Source of the DNA: an uncultured bacterium | GTDB lineage: Bacteria > CSSED10-310 > CAZUFC01 | Assembly: GCA_964619725.1 (NCBI GenBank) | Contig: CAZUFC010000167.1 | Span: 1 to 16,027, forward strand | Length of the DNA stretch: 16,027 bases | Direction of reading: 5' to 3' | Shown here: positions 1 to 7,769 of the stretch, in pieces | Position numbering within the stretch: the first letter of the stretch is position 1 | Layout: the number at the start of each line of letters is the position of its first letter | The notes under the pieces: model-generated | What the model was told of the DNA's origin: nothing | Seen by the model: only the letters and a program-made list of their open reading frames with translations | Database searches by the model: none | Program-made: the position numbers and the translations under genes

Positions 1-338
1 TTGGAATACTTGGAAAAATTTTTCTCCAAAATCCTGCACAGCGGAAAAAGCTCTATTCAGAAGACAGTTGACAAACGGCAGGGAGTGAAGGAGAATGGAT
101 TCGTGGGAAGGGGATAAGCCGTTATCGGCATCCGGGGTTTCATCCATTCTATATTCCAATAAAACAGGCGATGATCAAAATACCCTGATTTTCGGATATG
201 ATTGTGCAGCCTGCGGCAAACATGGATATCCCAGATCATTGCGGGCAAGAGAAGAGGAAATTCGCCGAAATCATACTTTTTTCCTCAGCCCCATGAAATA
301 CGCGCCTTAAACATTTGAAACATTAAAGCGGAGGAGCT

Positions 339-1670
339 ATGGAAAAGAATCTGATTTTCGAACAAATTCAGAAAGACAATGTAAAGTTTTTACAGTTGCA
401 GTTTACTGACCTTCATGGAATAGTTAAAAGCGTTACGATACCGGAGCGACATCTGGCCGAATCGCTGGAATACGGGACCTGGTTCGACGGGTCATCCATC
501 GTCGGATTCTCACGGATTTATGAAAGCGATCTTTTTCTGAAGCCGGACCTTTCGACATATGCCGTCATTCCCTGGCTGAGCAGCGACGACGGCAACACGG
601 CCCGTTTCATATGCGACATTTACAACCCGGAAGGATATCCGTTCGAGGGGGACCCTCGTCACATTCTTAAAAAAACAATAGCAGAAATAAGCGAAATGGG
701 TTATAAATACAATACGGGACCGGAAATGGAATTTTTTCTGTTCGTGAAAAACAACGGAGTCAAACCTTCGCCTCATGATTTCGGAGGTTACTTCGATTTG
801 ACGACGGATCAGGCTTACGATATCAGGAGAGACATGACGAACGCACTGGAGCATTTCGGGATTGATGTTGAGACGAGCCACCATGAAGTGGCGCGAGGCC
901 AGCACGAGATAGATTTTCGTTTTAATGATGCGTTGATAACCGCGGACAGCGCGGTTACATTGCGTTTCGTTCTAAAAGCGATCGCACAGAAGAACGGTCT
1001 GCATGCCACTTTCATGCCCAAGCCGATAACGGGAATCAACGGATCAGGCATGCACGTTCATCAGAGTTTATTCGACATCAGGAACGATCAGAACGTCTTT
1101 TTCGATGAAAATGATCGATACATGCTGTCCCGAACGGCTTACAATTTTATAGCCGGTCAGTTAAAACATGTGAAAGGCATGTCCGCGGTTCTCTCTCCCA
1201 CGGTTAATTCCTATAAAAGACTCATTCCCGGTTATGAAGCGCCTGTTTACATAAGCTGGGCCAGAAACAACCGCTCCGCGCTCATTCGCATTCCACGTTT
1301 CTCAAAATCAAAAAGCCGTTCCACGCGTCTCGAACTACGATGCCCGGACCCGAGCTGCAATATATACCTGGCTTTCGCCGTCATGCTGAAAGCCGGCATC
1401 GACGGAATAAAAAATGATTTGATGCCGCCGGACCCTGTTGAAGAAGATGTCTACCATTTCAATGAAAAAAAACTGGATCGCCTGGGTATCGATACTTTAC
1501 CTTTCTCATTGCGGGAAGCCTTGGGAGAATTGGAAAAGGATGAAGTAATCAAATCAGCGCTGGGCGAGCATACGTTTCGGCAATATGTTGAATCCAAAAA
1601 GAGGGAATGGGATGAATTTCGGCTGGTCGTTACCAACTGGGAACTGGAGCGATATCTGGAAACATATTGA
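339..1670 (+). CDS. glnA: Glutamine synthetase type I (GSI-alpha-like, 443 aa)
   Basis: Motifs WFDGSSI, GPEMEFFLF, HHEVARGQHEIDF, ATFMPKPITGINGSGMHVHQSL, NSYKRLIPGYEAP, NRSALIRIP, RLELRCPDPSCNIYLA. GGAGG RBS just upstream of the ATG. Length is typical of the shorter GSI-alpha class. Confidence 0.97.
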   Translation: MEKNLIFEQIQKDNVKFLQLQFTDLHGIVKSVTIPERHLAESLEYGTWFDGSSIVGFSRIYESDLFLKPDLSTYAVIPWLSSDDGNTARFICDIYNPEGYPFEGDPRHILKKTIAEISEMGYKYNTGPEMEFFLFVKNNGVKPSPHDFGGYFDLTTDQAYDIRRDMTNALEHFGIDVETSHHEVARGQHEIDFRFNDALITADSAVTLRFVLKAIAQKNGLHATFMPKPITGINGSGMHVHQSLFDIRNDQNVFFDENDRYMLSRTAYNFIAGQLKHVKGMSAVLSPTVNSYKRLIPGYEAPVYISWARNNRSALIRIPRFSKSKSRSTRLELRCPDPSCNIYLAFAVMLKAGIDGIKNDLMPPDPVEEDVYHFNEKKLDRLGIDTLPFSLREALGELEKDEVIKSALGEHTFRQYVESKKREWDEFRLVVTNWELERYLETY

Positions 1671-1673
1671 ACA

Positions 1674-2816
1674 ATGAAGCGGATTTCATCACAACTTCGT
1701 AAGGAATTGACTGACATACTGGTTAAGCTTATCCGCATAGAATCGGAGAATCCTCCGGGACGAACGGAACAGGTCGTCGATTATCTTGTAAAGCATGTAT
1801 TTTCAGAAAGAAACGGTTATCGCCATTCAATAGTGACTCACACAAAAGAAAGTATCCTGCTTCACAATTTAATATCGGAAACAGGCAGCGGAGATACGCG
1901 CATTATCTTGTCGGGACATTTTGATACGGTTCCTGCAGGCGATGCCGGACAGTGGACTTATCCGCCATTTTCAGGACAAATCGCAAACGGACAGGTATAC
2001 GGACGGGGCGCTTCCGATATGAAAGGCGGCATAGTTGCATTGATCGGCGCCATGAAACTGTTGCAACAGGACGAATCATTCATGCGGAAAAACACTTTAG
2101 TTTTTGTGGGAACTGCGGATGAAGAAGCCGGTATGTCGGGATCGGCCCGGCTGGCTGAAACCGGCGTCATGCAGGATGCAGACATGCTGATCATTGCGGA
2201 ACCCACGGACATGCTGATCGGCATAGCGGAAAAAGGAGTAGTCTGGGTTGAAGCGACCGTGCGGGGAAAAGCGGCCCACGGGTCTCAACCGGAAGAAGGA
2301 ATAAATGCGGTGGAACTGGCCGGGCGTATTATGCCGGAGCTGCGGGGCTGCACCGGCGGTAAAGTCTCCCCTTTGCTGGGAACATCCACGCTGAACATAG
2401 GGTATATCCGAGGCGGCAGCGCGTTCAACATCGTACCGGATAAAGCCGTAATGGGACTGGATTACAGAATTATTCCCGAAGATAATCCTGACGATATAAT
2501 TGAAAAGTTGAAAAAATTAAGCGCGGGCGGAAATCCCCTGGAAATCAAAATAAAACAGGTTTCGGCAGCGTTGAAGACTGACGAAAAACATCCTTTTATC
2601 AGAAATTTAAGGGAGGTCAGCGGTTCCAGGACCGTCGGACTCCCTTACGGCACTGATGCCAAGTATCTGATTAATGGCGATAATCCGACGCCTTTTGTGA
2701 TTTATGGTCCCGGAAAAAGAAAAGTTATCCATCAGAAGGATGAATATATCGAATTGGATGCTCTTTTTCAGGCTGCAGGAAATCTGGCTGAATCGCTGCA
2801 CCGGACTTACGGATGA
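1674..2816 (+). CDS. M20 family metallo-amidohydrolase, ArgE/DapE-like deacylase
   Basis: Metal-binding/catalytic motifs SGHFDTVP, GRGASDMKGG, ADEEAG, IAEPT, GKAAHGS and C-terminal IHQKDEYI. Starts 3 nt after the glnA stop. Confidence 0.93.
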   Translation: MKRISSQLRKELTDILVKLIRIESENPPGRTEQVVDYLVKHVFSERNGYRHSIVTHTKESILLHNLISETGSGDTRIILSGHFDTVPAGDAGQWTYPPFSGQIANGQVYGRGASDMKGGIVALIGAMKLLQQDESFMRKNTLVFVGTADEEAGMSGSARLAETGVMQDADMLIIAEPTDMLIGIAEKGVVWVEATVRGKAAHGSQPEEGINAVELAGRIMPELRGCTGGKVSPLLGTSTLNIGYIRGGSAFNIVPDKAVMGLDYRIIPEDNPDDIIEKLKKLSAGGNPLEIKIKQVSAALKTDEKHPFIRNLREVSGSRTVGLPYGTDAKYLINGDNPTPFVIYGPGKRKVIHQKDEYIELDALFQAAGNLAESLHRTYG

Positions 2817-2853
2817 AATTTGTAAATTCGGCGACGGTAAAAAAGATTAAATC

Positions 2854-3351
2854 TCAGTTATCCTCCTCTTCCTGATCATCATTTCCTTCTTCCTCATCAG
2901 TCAGCAAAGCGCCGCATACCTGACATGTCTCGTCGTCGGGCGCAACCGAGTGAAGACATTCCGCACAGACCCGCAGATTAGCGCTCTGGTCTTTATCGAT
3001 TGAGTTGATTATTTCGAGGGCTTTGTCATAGTCGGAATCACTGACGATTATGGCGATGATTTGGGTCATTTCATAAGGAGGCAAATGGAATTCAGTTCCC
3101 ATGTCTGAGGGAAACTGATGGGCCGAGATGCCTTCGATCTCGAGTCTCCCCTTGAGTAAATCAGCCTGCCATTGCTGCGTCACTCTGGTCAGAACTTTCA
3201 GCTCCTCTTCAACATCGATCTTCTCAACTGTCCTTGATCCGACGGTATAGCGGGGATTCGGACCTTCCTCCAGCTCGACGTTACAATCCGGACAATCCTT
3301 CCCTTCATAATCATCCGTGAATTCATTGATGCATTTCGGGCAATGTTTCAT
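2854..3351 (-). CDS. Zinc-ribbon + DUF2007-like (putative signal-transducing) protein, ~165 aa
   Basis: Start reassigned to ATG at 3351 (MKHCPKC), preceded by AAAGGA. N-terminal CPKC...CPDC and C-terminal CAEC...CQVC pairs; central QADLLKGRLEIEGISA...IIVSDSDYDKALEII fits the DUF2007 pattern; acidic tail. Confidence 0.8.
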   Translation of the reverse strand: MKHCPKCINEFTDDYEGKDCPDCNVELEEGPNPRYTVGSRTVEKIDVEEELKVLTRVTQQWQADLLKGRLEIEGISAHQFPSDMGTEFHLPPYEMTQIIAIIVSDSDYDKALEIINSIDKDQSANLRVCAECLHSVAPDDETCQVCGALLTDEEEGNDDQEEEDN

Positions 3352-3418
3352 ATTCAATCCTTTCAAAAAATAAAAACGCACTTCTGCAGCTCTGAGAAAG
3401 ACTCTCAACTTCAATTTT

Positions 3419-3448
3419 ATTATAATCTCCTGAATGAATCAATGTTAA
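3419..3448 (-). promoter_or_regulatory. Possible sigma70-type promoter for the zinc-ribbon/DUF2007 gene
   Basis: Minus strand reads TTAACA-N18-TATAAT. The palindromic ATTATAAT (3419-3426) also gives a TATAAT on the plus strand towards corA. Confidence 0.35.
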
Positions 3449-3562
3449 GGATTCGGAGTCCGGTTGCGAACCCTGGCATTTACAGAAAAGCGCCCTTCTG
3501 ATATATTGAATTTCAACCGGGATCAATGGGGAAAACAGCGAACGACTGCAAAGGTTTTTTAA

Positions 3563-4624
3563 ATGTTGAAATTCATAAAAACATCTTCAAAAAAATATGG
3601 TTTGTCGCCGGGAACGCTGGTTCATATCGGCGAGAGGAAAGTCGATAAAGTCACCATAAAAATCATCGATTTTAACGAAAGCGCTTTTAATGAAAGAGAT
3701 GCCGAAAAAGACGAAGACTATTCCCGATTCACAGAGGCCGGTTCGGTAACATGGATTAATGTGAACGGCATACACGATCCTGCAGTAATGGAGAAACTCG
3801 GAAAAGCGTTCAAACTTCATCCGCTGGTTCAGGAAGATATTTTGAATGCCAGACAACGGCCCAAGGTGGAGGAATACGACGATTGCCTGTTTATTGTCCT
3901 TAAAATGTTGCATTATGATGAAGAAACCCGGGAGATAAAAGCCGAACAATTAAGCATGATACTTGGAAAAAACACCGTTATCACTTTTCAGGAGATGGAA
4001 GGCGATGTTTTCAATCCCGTCAGAGAACGCATACGGAGCAGCAAGGGGCGCATACGCAAATCCGGCGGCGATTATCTCGCCTATGCCTTGATCGATTCGG
4101 TAATCGATCATTATTTCATTATGCTGGAAAAAGTCGGCGAAGAAATTGAGCAACTGGAAGAAGAGCTGCTCAACGATCCTGAACTGGAATCGCTCCAGCG
4201 GATACACAGGTTGAGAAGGGAAATGATCTTCACACGCCGGTCGGCCTGGCCGGCACGGGAGGTGATCAATTCCTTGAGAAAAGCCGACAAGTTCATTGAT
4301 GAAACGACGGGTATATTCTTAAGAGACGTGTACGATCACTGCATAGTCATTATCGATACGATAGAGATTTTTCGCGATATGCTTTCGGGAATGCTGGACC
4401 TTTATATGTCGAGCGCCGGCAATAAAGCGAATGAAATTATGAAAGTGCTTACGATCTTCGCTTCCATTTTCATCCCTCTGACCTTCCTGGCCGGCATATG
4501 GGGTATGAATTTTCAGCATATGCCGGAGCTCGAATGGCCCTGGGCCTATCCCGCCGTCCTGTTTCTCATGCTGCTGACGGGCCTGGGAATGCTGCTGTAC
4601 TTTCGCCGGAAAAAGTGGTTGTAG
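3563..4624 (+). CDS. corA: Magnesium/cobalt transporter CorA
   Basis: GLSPGTLVHIG N-terminus, LHPLVQEDILNARQRPKVEEY, NEIMKVLTI, signature GIWGMNFQHMPEL between two C-terminal TM helices, ends RRKKWL. Confidence 0.97.
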   Translation: MLKFIKTSSKKYGLSPGTLVHIGERKVDKVTIKIIDFNESAFNERDAEKDEDYSRFTEAGSVTWINVNGIHDPAVMEKLGKAFKLHPLVQEDILNARQRPKVEEYDDCLFIVLKMLHYDEETREIKAEQLSMILGKNTVITFQEMEGDVFNPVRERIRSSKGRIRKSGGDYLAYALIDSVIDHYFIMLEKVGEEIEQLEEELLNDPELESLQRIHRLRREMIFTRRSAWPAREVINSLRKADKFIDETTGIFLRDVYDHCIVIIDTIEIFRDMLSGMLDLYMSSAGNKANEIMKVLTIFASIFIPLTFLAGIWGMNFQHMPELEWPWAYPAVLFLMLLTGLGMLLYFRRKKWL

Positions 4625-4642
4625 CTGCAGAGGAAAAGTTAA

Positions 4643-5470
4643 ATGTTTGTCGAGCATGATATTCAGACATCCGACATGCTGATGGAAAGGGCCGCTGTTT
4701 TTGCCCGGAACGATTATACCGACGGATTCGCATCCGATCATGTTAAAGCAATAATAGGCAGGGCCGAAGGAGCGTCTTATGCTGCGTACCAGCACGCATA
4801 CGGCGTTTTCGGGCGCGCATACAACAGGCCTGCCAACGGGCGGCAGGGTTACGCATACGGCGTGTACGGTTATGCGAACGGAGTAAACGCTACGGATAAT
4901 CCGGGCAACCATCAGTATAATTACGGTGTCTACGGCAATGGTTGCGGAAGTTATCAGGGCGCTTCGGGACACGTCACCAATATCGGCGTATACGGTACGG
5001 CATCCTCCGGAGACGCCAATTGGGCGGGTTATTTTGATGGAAACGTTTATAGTGATGGTAAATTAGGTTTAAAATCGGACCCCGGCGAGTGGACCCTTCT
5101 CGTGAACGGAACCGCATGTAAAACCCAAGGCGGCTTTTCCTGGACTTTTCCTAACGATGAACGCCTGGTATCGTCACAGGAAGCATTCGATTACGGTATA
5201 TCTGAAATCCTCAAAATTAATCCCAGACGATTCCAATATTCCCAGGATAACGACCTGAATTTAAATTCAGAAACAGTTCAAATCGCTCCGCCTTCCGAAG
5301 AGATTACCAAAGTCATCCCGGAGGCCGTCGTTCAGGACGAAAACGGCTTTCAGGCATTAAAAACGGATGCCGTATTCTGGGCGATGGTGAATGCAATTAA
5401 AGAATTGCATGCCGAAAACGAACGCCTTAAAGAACGAATCCTTCGATTGGAAATTCAAACGGAGCAGTAA
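4643..5470 (+). CDS. Tail-fibre-like protein with GVYG repeats and a degenerate peptidase S74 / intramolecular chaperone C-terminal domain
   Basis: Repeated (Y/I)GV(Y/F)G motifs, WAGYFDGNVY, then NDERLV...ILKINPRRFQY...VIPEAV...MVNAIKELHAENERLKERI coiled coil. GAGGA RBS upstream; no signal peptide visible. Confidence 0.8.
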   Translation: MFVEHDIQTSDMLMERAAVFARNDYTDGFASDHVKAIIGRAEGASYAAYQHAYGVFGRAYNRPANGRQGYAYGVYGYANGVNATDNPGNHQYNYGVYGNGCGSYQGASGHVTNIGVYGTASSGDANWAGYFDGNVYSDGKLGLKSDPGEWTLLVNGTACKTQGGFSWTFPNDERLVSSQEAFDYGISEILKINPRRFQYSQDNDLNLNSETVQIAPPSEEITKVIPEAVVQDENGFQALKTDAVFWAMVNAIKELHAENERLKERILRLEIQTEQ

Positions 5471-5781
5471 AACCAATATTCGCTGAAAAGCTGATAGCAA
5501 ACGATCAGAGACATTCCTGCAGTCGAATTATATTCGCTTTATTTCAGCAGAAAATTGAAAATTTAATTTGCTTTGAATAAAATGAATAACTGGAAGGAAT
5601 TTGGAGGACAAAAAATTTTCGCTGACCAGATGACGGAAGTTACAATGTGAAAAGAAAAACTAAAATCAAAGATTTTTAGAATGCTTGACGGGGTAGACTG
5701 AAGAAGGCTGAATTATCCGAAAGGAGTTGCCGTCAGTTTTATTAGCCGTTTGAAATAAAAAAGCATGGGGAGGATCGAATC

Positions 5782-6168
5782 ATGAGAAGAAGCGGAATTA
5801 ACGCTTTTGTTCTTGTCGCAGCAATATTTATTACTGTTTTATCAGTTGGCCGAACGTATGCCGTGGAAGCGCCGGAGCTGACTGGGATATGGAAATGTAC
5901 CGAGAACGAAAAACCGATAGAACTGACGTTTTTTGATGACGGAAGGTATCAATGGGGCGAGGAACGGGGACGTTTTCAGCTCAAAGATGATGTCATCTGG
6001 CTGATGACGGAAAAAAGAATCGGCAAAAAATGGCATATCAAGATTGAAGAAAACAAAATGACTCTGAATAAACCGGAAGATTTTCGTTATTTAGGAGGCC
6101 CCAGTTATTTTTATTACCAGGTAACGGATGCTTCGCTGGAGTATCATTTTAATCGGACAGAAGATTAA
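5782..6168 (+). CDS. Small exported hypothetical protein, lipocalin-like beta fold suspected
   Basis: GGGAGG RBS; signal peptide (MRR + hydrophobic core + TYA); LTGIWK...LTFFDDGRYQW pattern typical of small beta-barrel domains. Confidence 0.75.
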   Translation: MRRSGINAFVLVAAIFITVLSVGRTYAVEAPELTGIWKCTENEKPIELTFFDDGRYQWGEERGRFQLKDDVIWLMTEKRIGKKWHIKIEENKMTLNKPEDFRYLGGPSYFYYQVTDASLEYHFNRTED

Positions 6169-6170
6169 CG

Positions 6171-6231
6171 AGCGCCTGTCCGACATTAAATTTTAAGTCG
6201 AGAATCGAGTTTGTTGACAGGCACTAATTAG
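6171..6231. repeat. 55-bp hairpin direct repeat, copy 1 (+AATTAG)
   Basis: AGCGCCTGTC...GACAGGCACT terminal inverted repeat; 47/55 identical to copy 2 by manual alignment. Confidence 0.9.
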
Positions 6232-6373
6232 TTTTTGTCCATAAACGGCGAATTTTCCCCAATACTGCGTCAGTCTTCGGATTTGCTCAGTCAAAGTATA
6301 AGCGCCGCCCCTGCCTCGCAAATCCTTACCATCCTTGTCTTAAGAAAAATTCGCTCGTTTATGGATCAAAAAC
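6231..6373. mobile_element. MITE-like inverted-repeat element (~143 bp)
   Basis: Left end GTTTTTGTCCATAAACGGCGAATTTT matches the reverse complement of the right end (GTTTTTGATCCATAAACGAGCGAATTTT) apart from two 1-nt indels. Inner stem GGATTTGC (6279-6286)/GCAAATCC (6318-6325). No ORF. Confidence 0.7.
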
Positions 6374-6376
6374 CGC

Positions 6377-6437
6377 AGTGACTGTCCAGCATTAAATTTT
6401 AAATCGAGAATCGAGTTAGTGGACAGTCACTAATTAG
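6377..6437. repeat. 55-bp hairpin direct repeat, copy 2 (+AATTAG), overlapping the mscS-family stop codon
   Basis: Perfect 12-bp terminal inverted repeat AGTGACTGTCCA/TGGACAGTCACT. Confidence 0.9.
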
Positions 6438-7542
6438 GTTCGCCAGATTCTTCGAGCATTTTCAGAGAGTCGCCGAAGTACACGGTCTGGCTTGGGAAAG
6501 CGAAGGAAAGGCCCAGTTCTTCAAGGGCTTCGATGAATTTAACGTTTATGCGTTGTCTGACTTCGAGATATTCTTTCCACACTGTGGAATAGGTAAAGTA
6601 ATAGATGAAAAATTCCAGAGCTGACGGACCGAAATCAGTAAAATAAACCAGGTAGTAATCCTTGTCTACTCCGGGGTCCTTCTCCAGTATTCGTTCCATC
6701 CGGTCTCTCAGTTTCTTTAACTTATCGGGTTTGCTGTCGTAAGTAACGCCTATCCTCATTTTAACTCTTCTTTTCGGCATAGCCGACCAATTTTCGATAA
6801 TTTCCGAAGTCAACAACTGATTGGGAACGATTTTAAGAGATTTTGACCAGGTACGGACTTTAGTGGACCGGAAACCAATGGCTTCAACATTGCCGTCGAT
6901 GTCCCTGAACCTGACCCAATCGCCTATCTTAAAAGGTTTATCCAGAACCATGATCAACGTTCCGAAAAGATTGGCTATGGTATCCTTGGCGGCAAGAGCC
7001 ACCGCCAGTCCTCCTATGCCCAGGCCGGCGAGCAAACTTCCCACGGAATAACCCAGGTTCTGAACGATCAGCAGGGCTCCCAGAATAAGCACGGTAATGC
7101 GTATCGATTGTCCTATCAGGGGAGCGAAATGAATGGCATACTCGTCTCCGATTTTGGAAAAATAGTTCTTTAATGCTGCGGCCAGAACATTACTCAAACG
7201 ATATAAAGCCCATATCACGAGTATGGAAACGGCTATCTTGAATGCGATCCGGAAAAATTGGGGGAAATCGTACGGTTCTGTCGGAAACTTAAGGGCCAGG
7301 AGTGCATAAAAAATACCTACGGTCAGAATGAGGGCGCTGACAGGGGGATGAAGTGATTCGACCGTCATATTGTCATATTTGAATTTTGTTTTCAGCGCGA
7401 GTTTCTCCAGTAATTTAACGATATAGCGATCAAAGAGTTTTTTACTGATTAAAGCCGTCAATAATATAACGAAAGCTGCGCCTAACTGGTAAATTTCAAT
7501 GCCCATAACCGTCCTGTTAAAAACGTCAAACCACTCTTTCAT
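6430..7542 (-). CDS. Small-conductance mechanosensitive channel, MscS family (YnaI-like, extra N-terminal TM helices)
   Basis: SLLAGLGIGGLAVALAAKDTIANLFG, DKPFKIGDWV, GNVEAIGFRSTKVRT, VPNQLL, IENWS, LSFAFPSQTVY; GGAGG RBS. Confidence 0.95.
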   Translation of the reverse strand: MKEWFDVFNRTVMGIEIYQLGAAFVILLTALISKKLFDRYIVKLLEKLALKTKFKYDNMTVESLHPPVSALILTVGIFYALLALKFPTEPYDFPQFFRIAFKIAVSILVIWALYRLSNVLAAALKNYFSKIGDEYAIHFAPLIGQSIRITVLILGALLIVQNLGYSVGSLLAGLGIGGLAVALAAKDTIANLFGTLIMVLDKPFKIGDWVRFRDIDGNVEAIGFRSTKVRTWSKSLKIVPNQLLTSEIIENWSAMPKRRVKMRIGVTYDSKPDKLKKLRDRMERILEKDPGVDKDYYLVYFTDFGPSALEFFIYYFTYSTVWKEYLEVRQRINVKFIEALEELGLSFAFPSQTVYFGDSLKMLEESGEPN

Positions 7543-7675
7543 GATTCCTCCAGCAAGCCTTATTCAAAAAATGAATAAATCTGAGCCGCCGATTCGCTTG
7601 ATCTTTTAATACGTCAACGGCTCCAAGTCCTTCCTTTAATATTCATCAAAGGCAGGCGTTATTCAAGCAGAAATT

Positions 7676-7704
7676 TTGACATTTGCGGCAGGTTATGTCA
7701 TAAC
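7676..7704 (+). promoter_or_regulatory. Candidate sigma70 promoter of the large surface-protein gene with an overlapping palindrome
   Basis: TTGACA (7676-7681)-N17-CATAAC (7699-7704) with extended -10 TG; perfect inverted repeat GTTATG-T-CATAAC at 7692-7704. Confidence 0.5.
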
Positions 7705-7769
7705 AGGAACAGGAATTTCGTCAAAAGAAGTCAGAAAAGCCCGGAAGGGCTAATATGAAGGAGTTATCT

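Noticed and set aside
1-117. Open frame 1 running in from the window edge (LEYLEKFF...VGRG*)
   Set aside because: Only 38 codons with no recognisable motif; may be the 3' end of an upstream gene but cannot be supported.
95-310. 71-aa ORF with a CxxC upstream of glnA
   Set aside because: No recognisable family; AAGGAG is only 1 nt from the ATG; a single CxxC is weak evidence. A leader peptide cannot be fully excluded.
339-1670. GS-like gamma-glutamyl-polyamine ligase (PuuA/GlnA3-like)
   Set aside because: Ammonium-site motifs FDGSS, GYFD and the flap glutamate in GYEAP are intact, favouring a true glutamine synthetase.
3352-3562. M-box (ykoK) or NiCo riboswitch upstream of corA
   Set aside because: A CCGGTTG/CAACCGG inverted repeat (3459-3520) exists, but the conserved sequence blocks of these riboswitches are not visible.
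4319-4972. 217-aa minus-strand ORF and the other short ORFs antisense or out of frame within the main genes
   Set aside because: They overlap well-supported genes and show no protein-family features; shadow ORFs.
4643-5470. Prophage remnant
   Set aside because: No integrase, capsid, terminase or other phage genes nearby; such domains also occur in chromosomal proteins.
6171-6437. CRISPR mini-array interpretation of the direct repeats
   Set aside because: Only two repeats of 55-61 bp with 8 mismatches, a ~145-bp self-complementary spacer and no cas genes.
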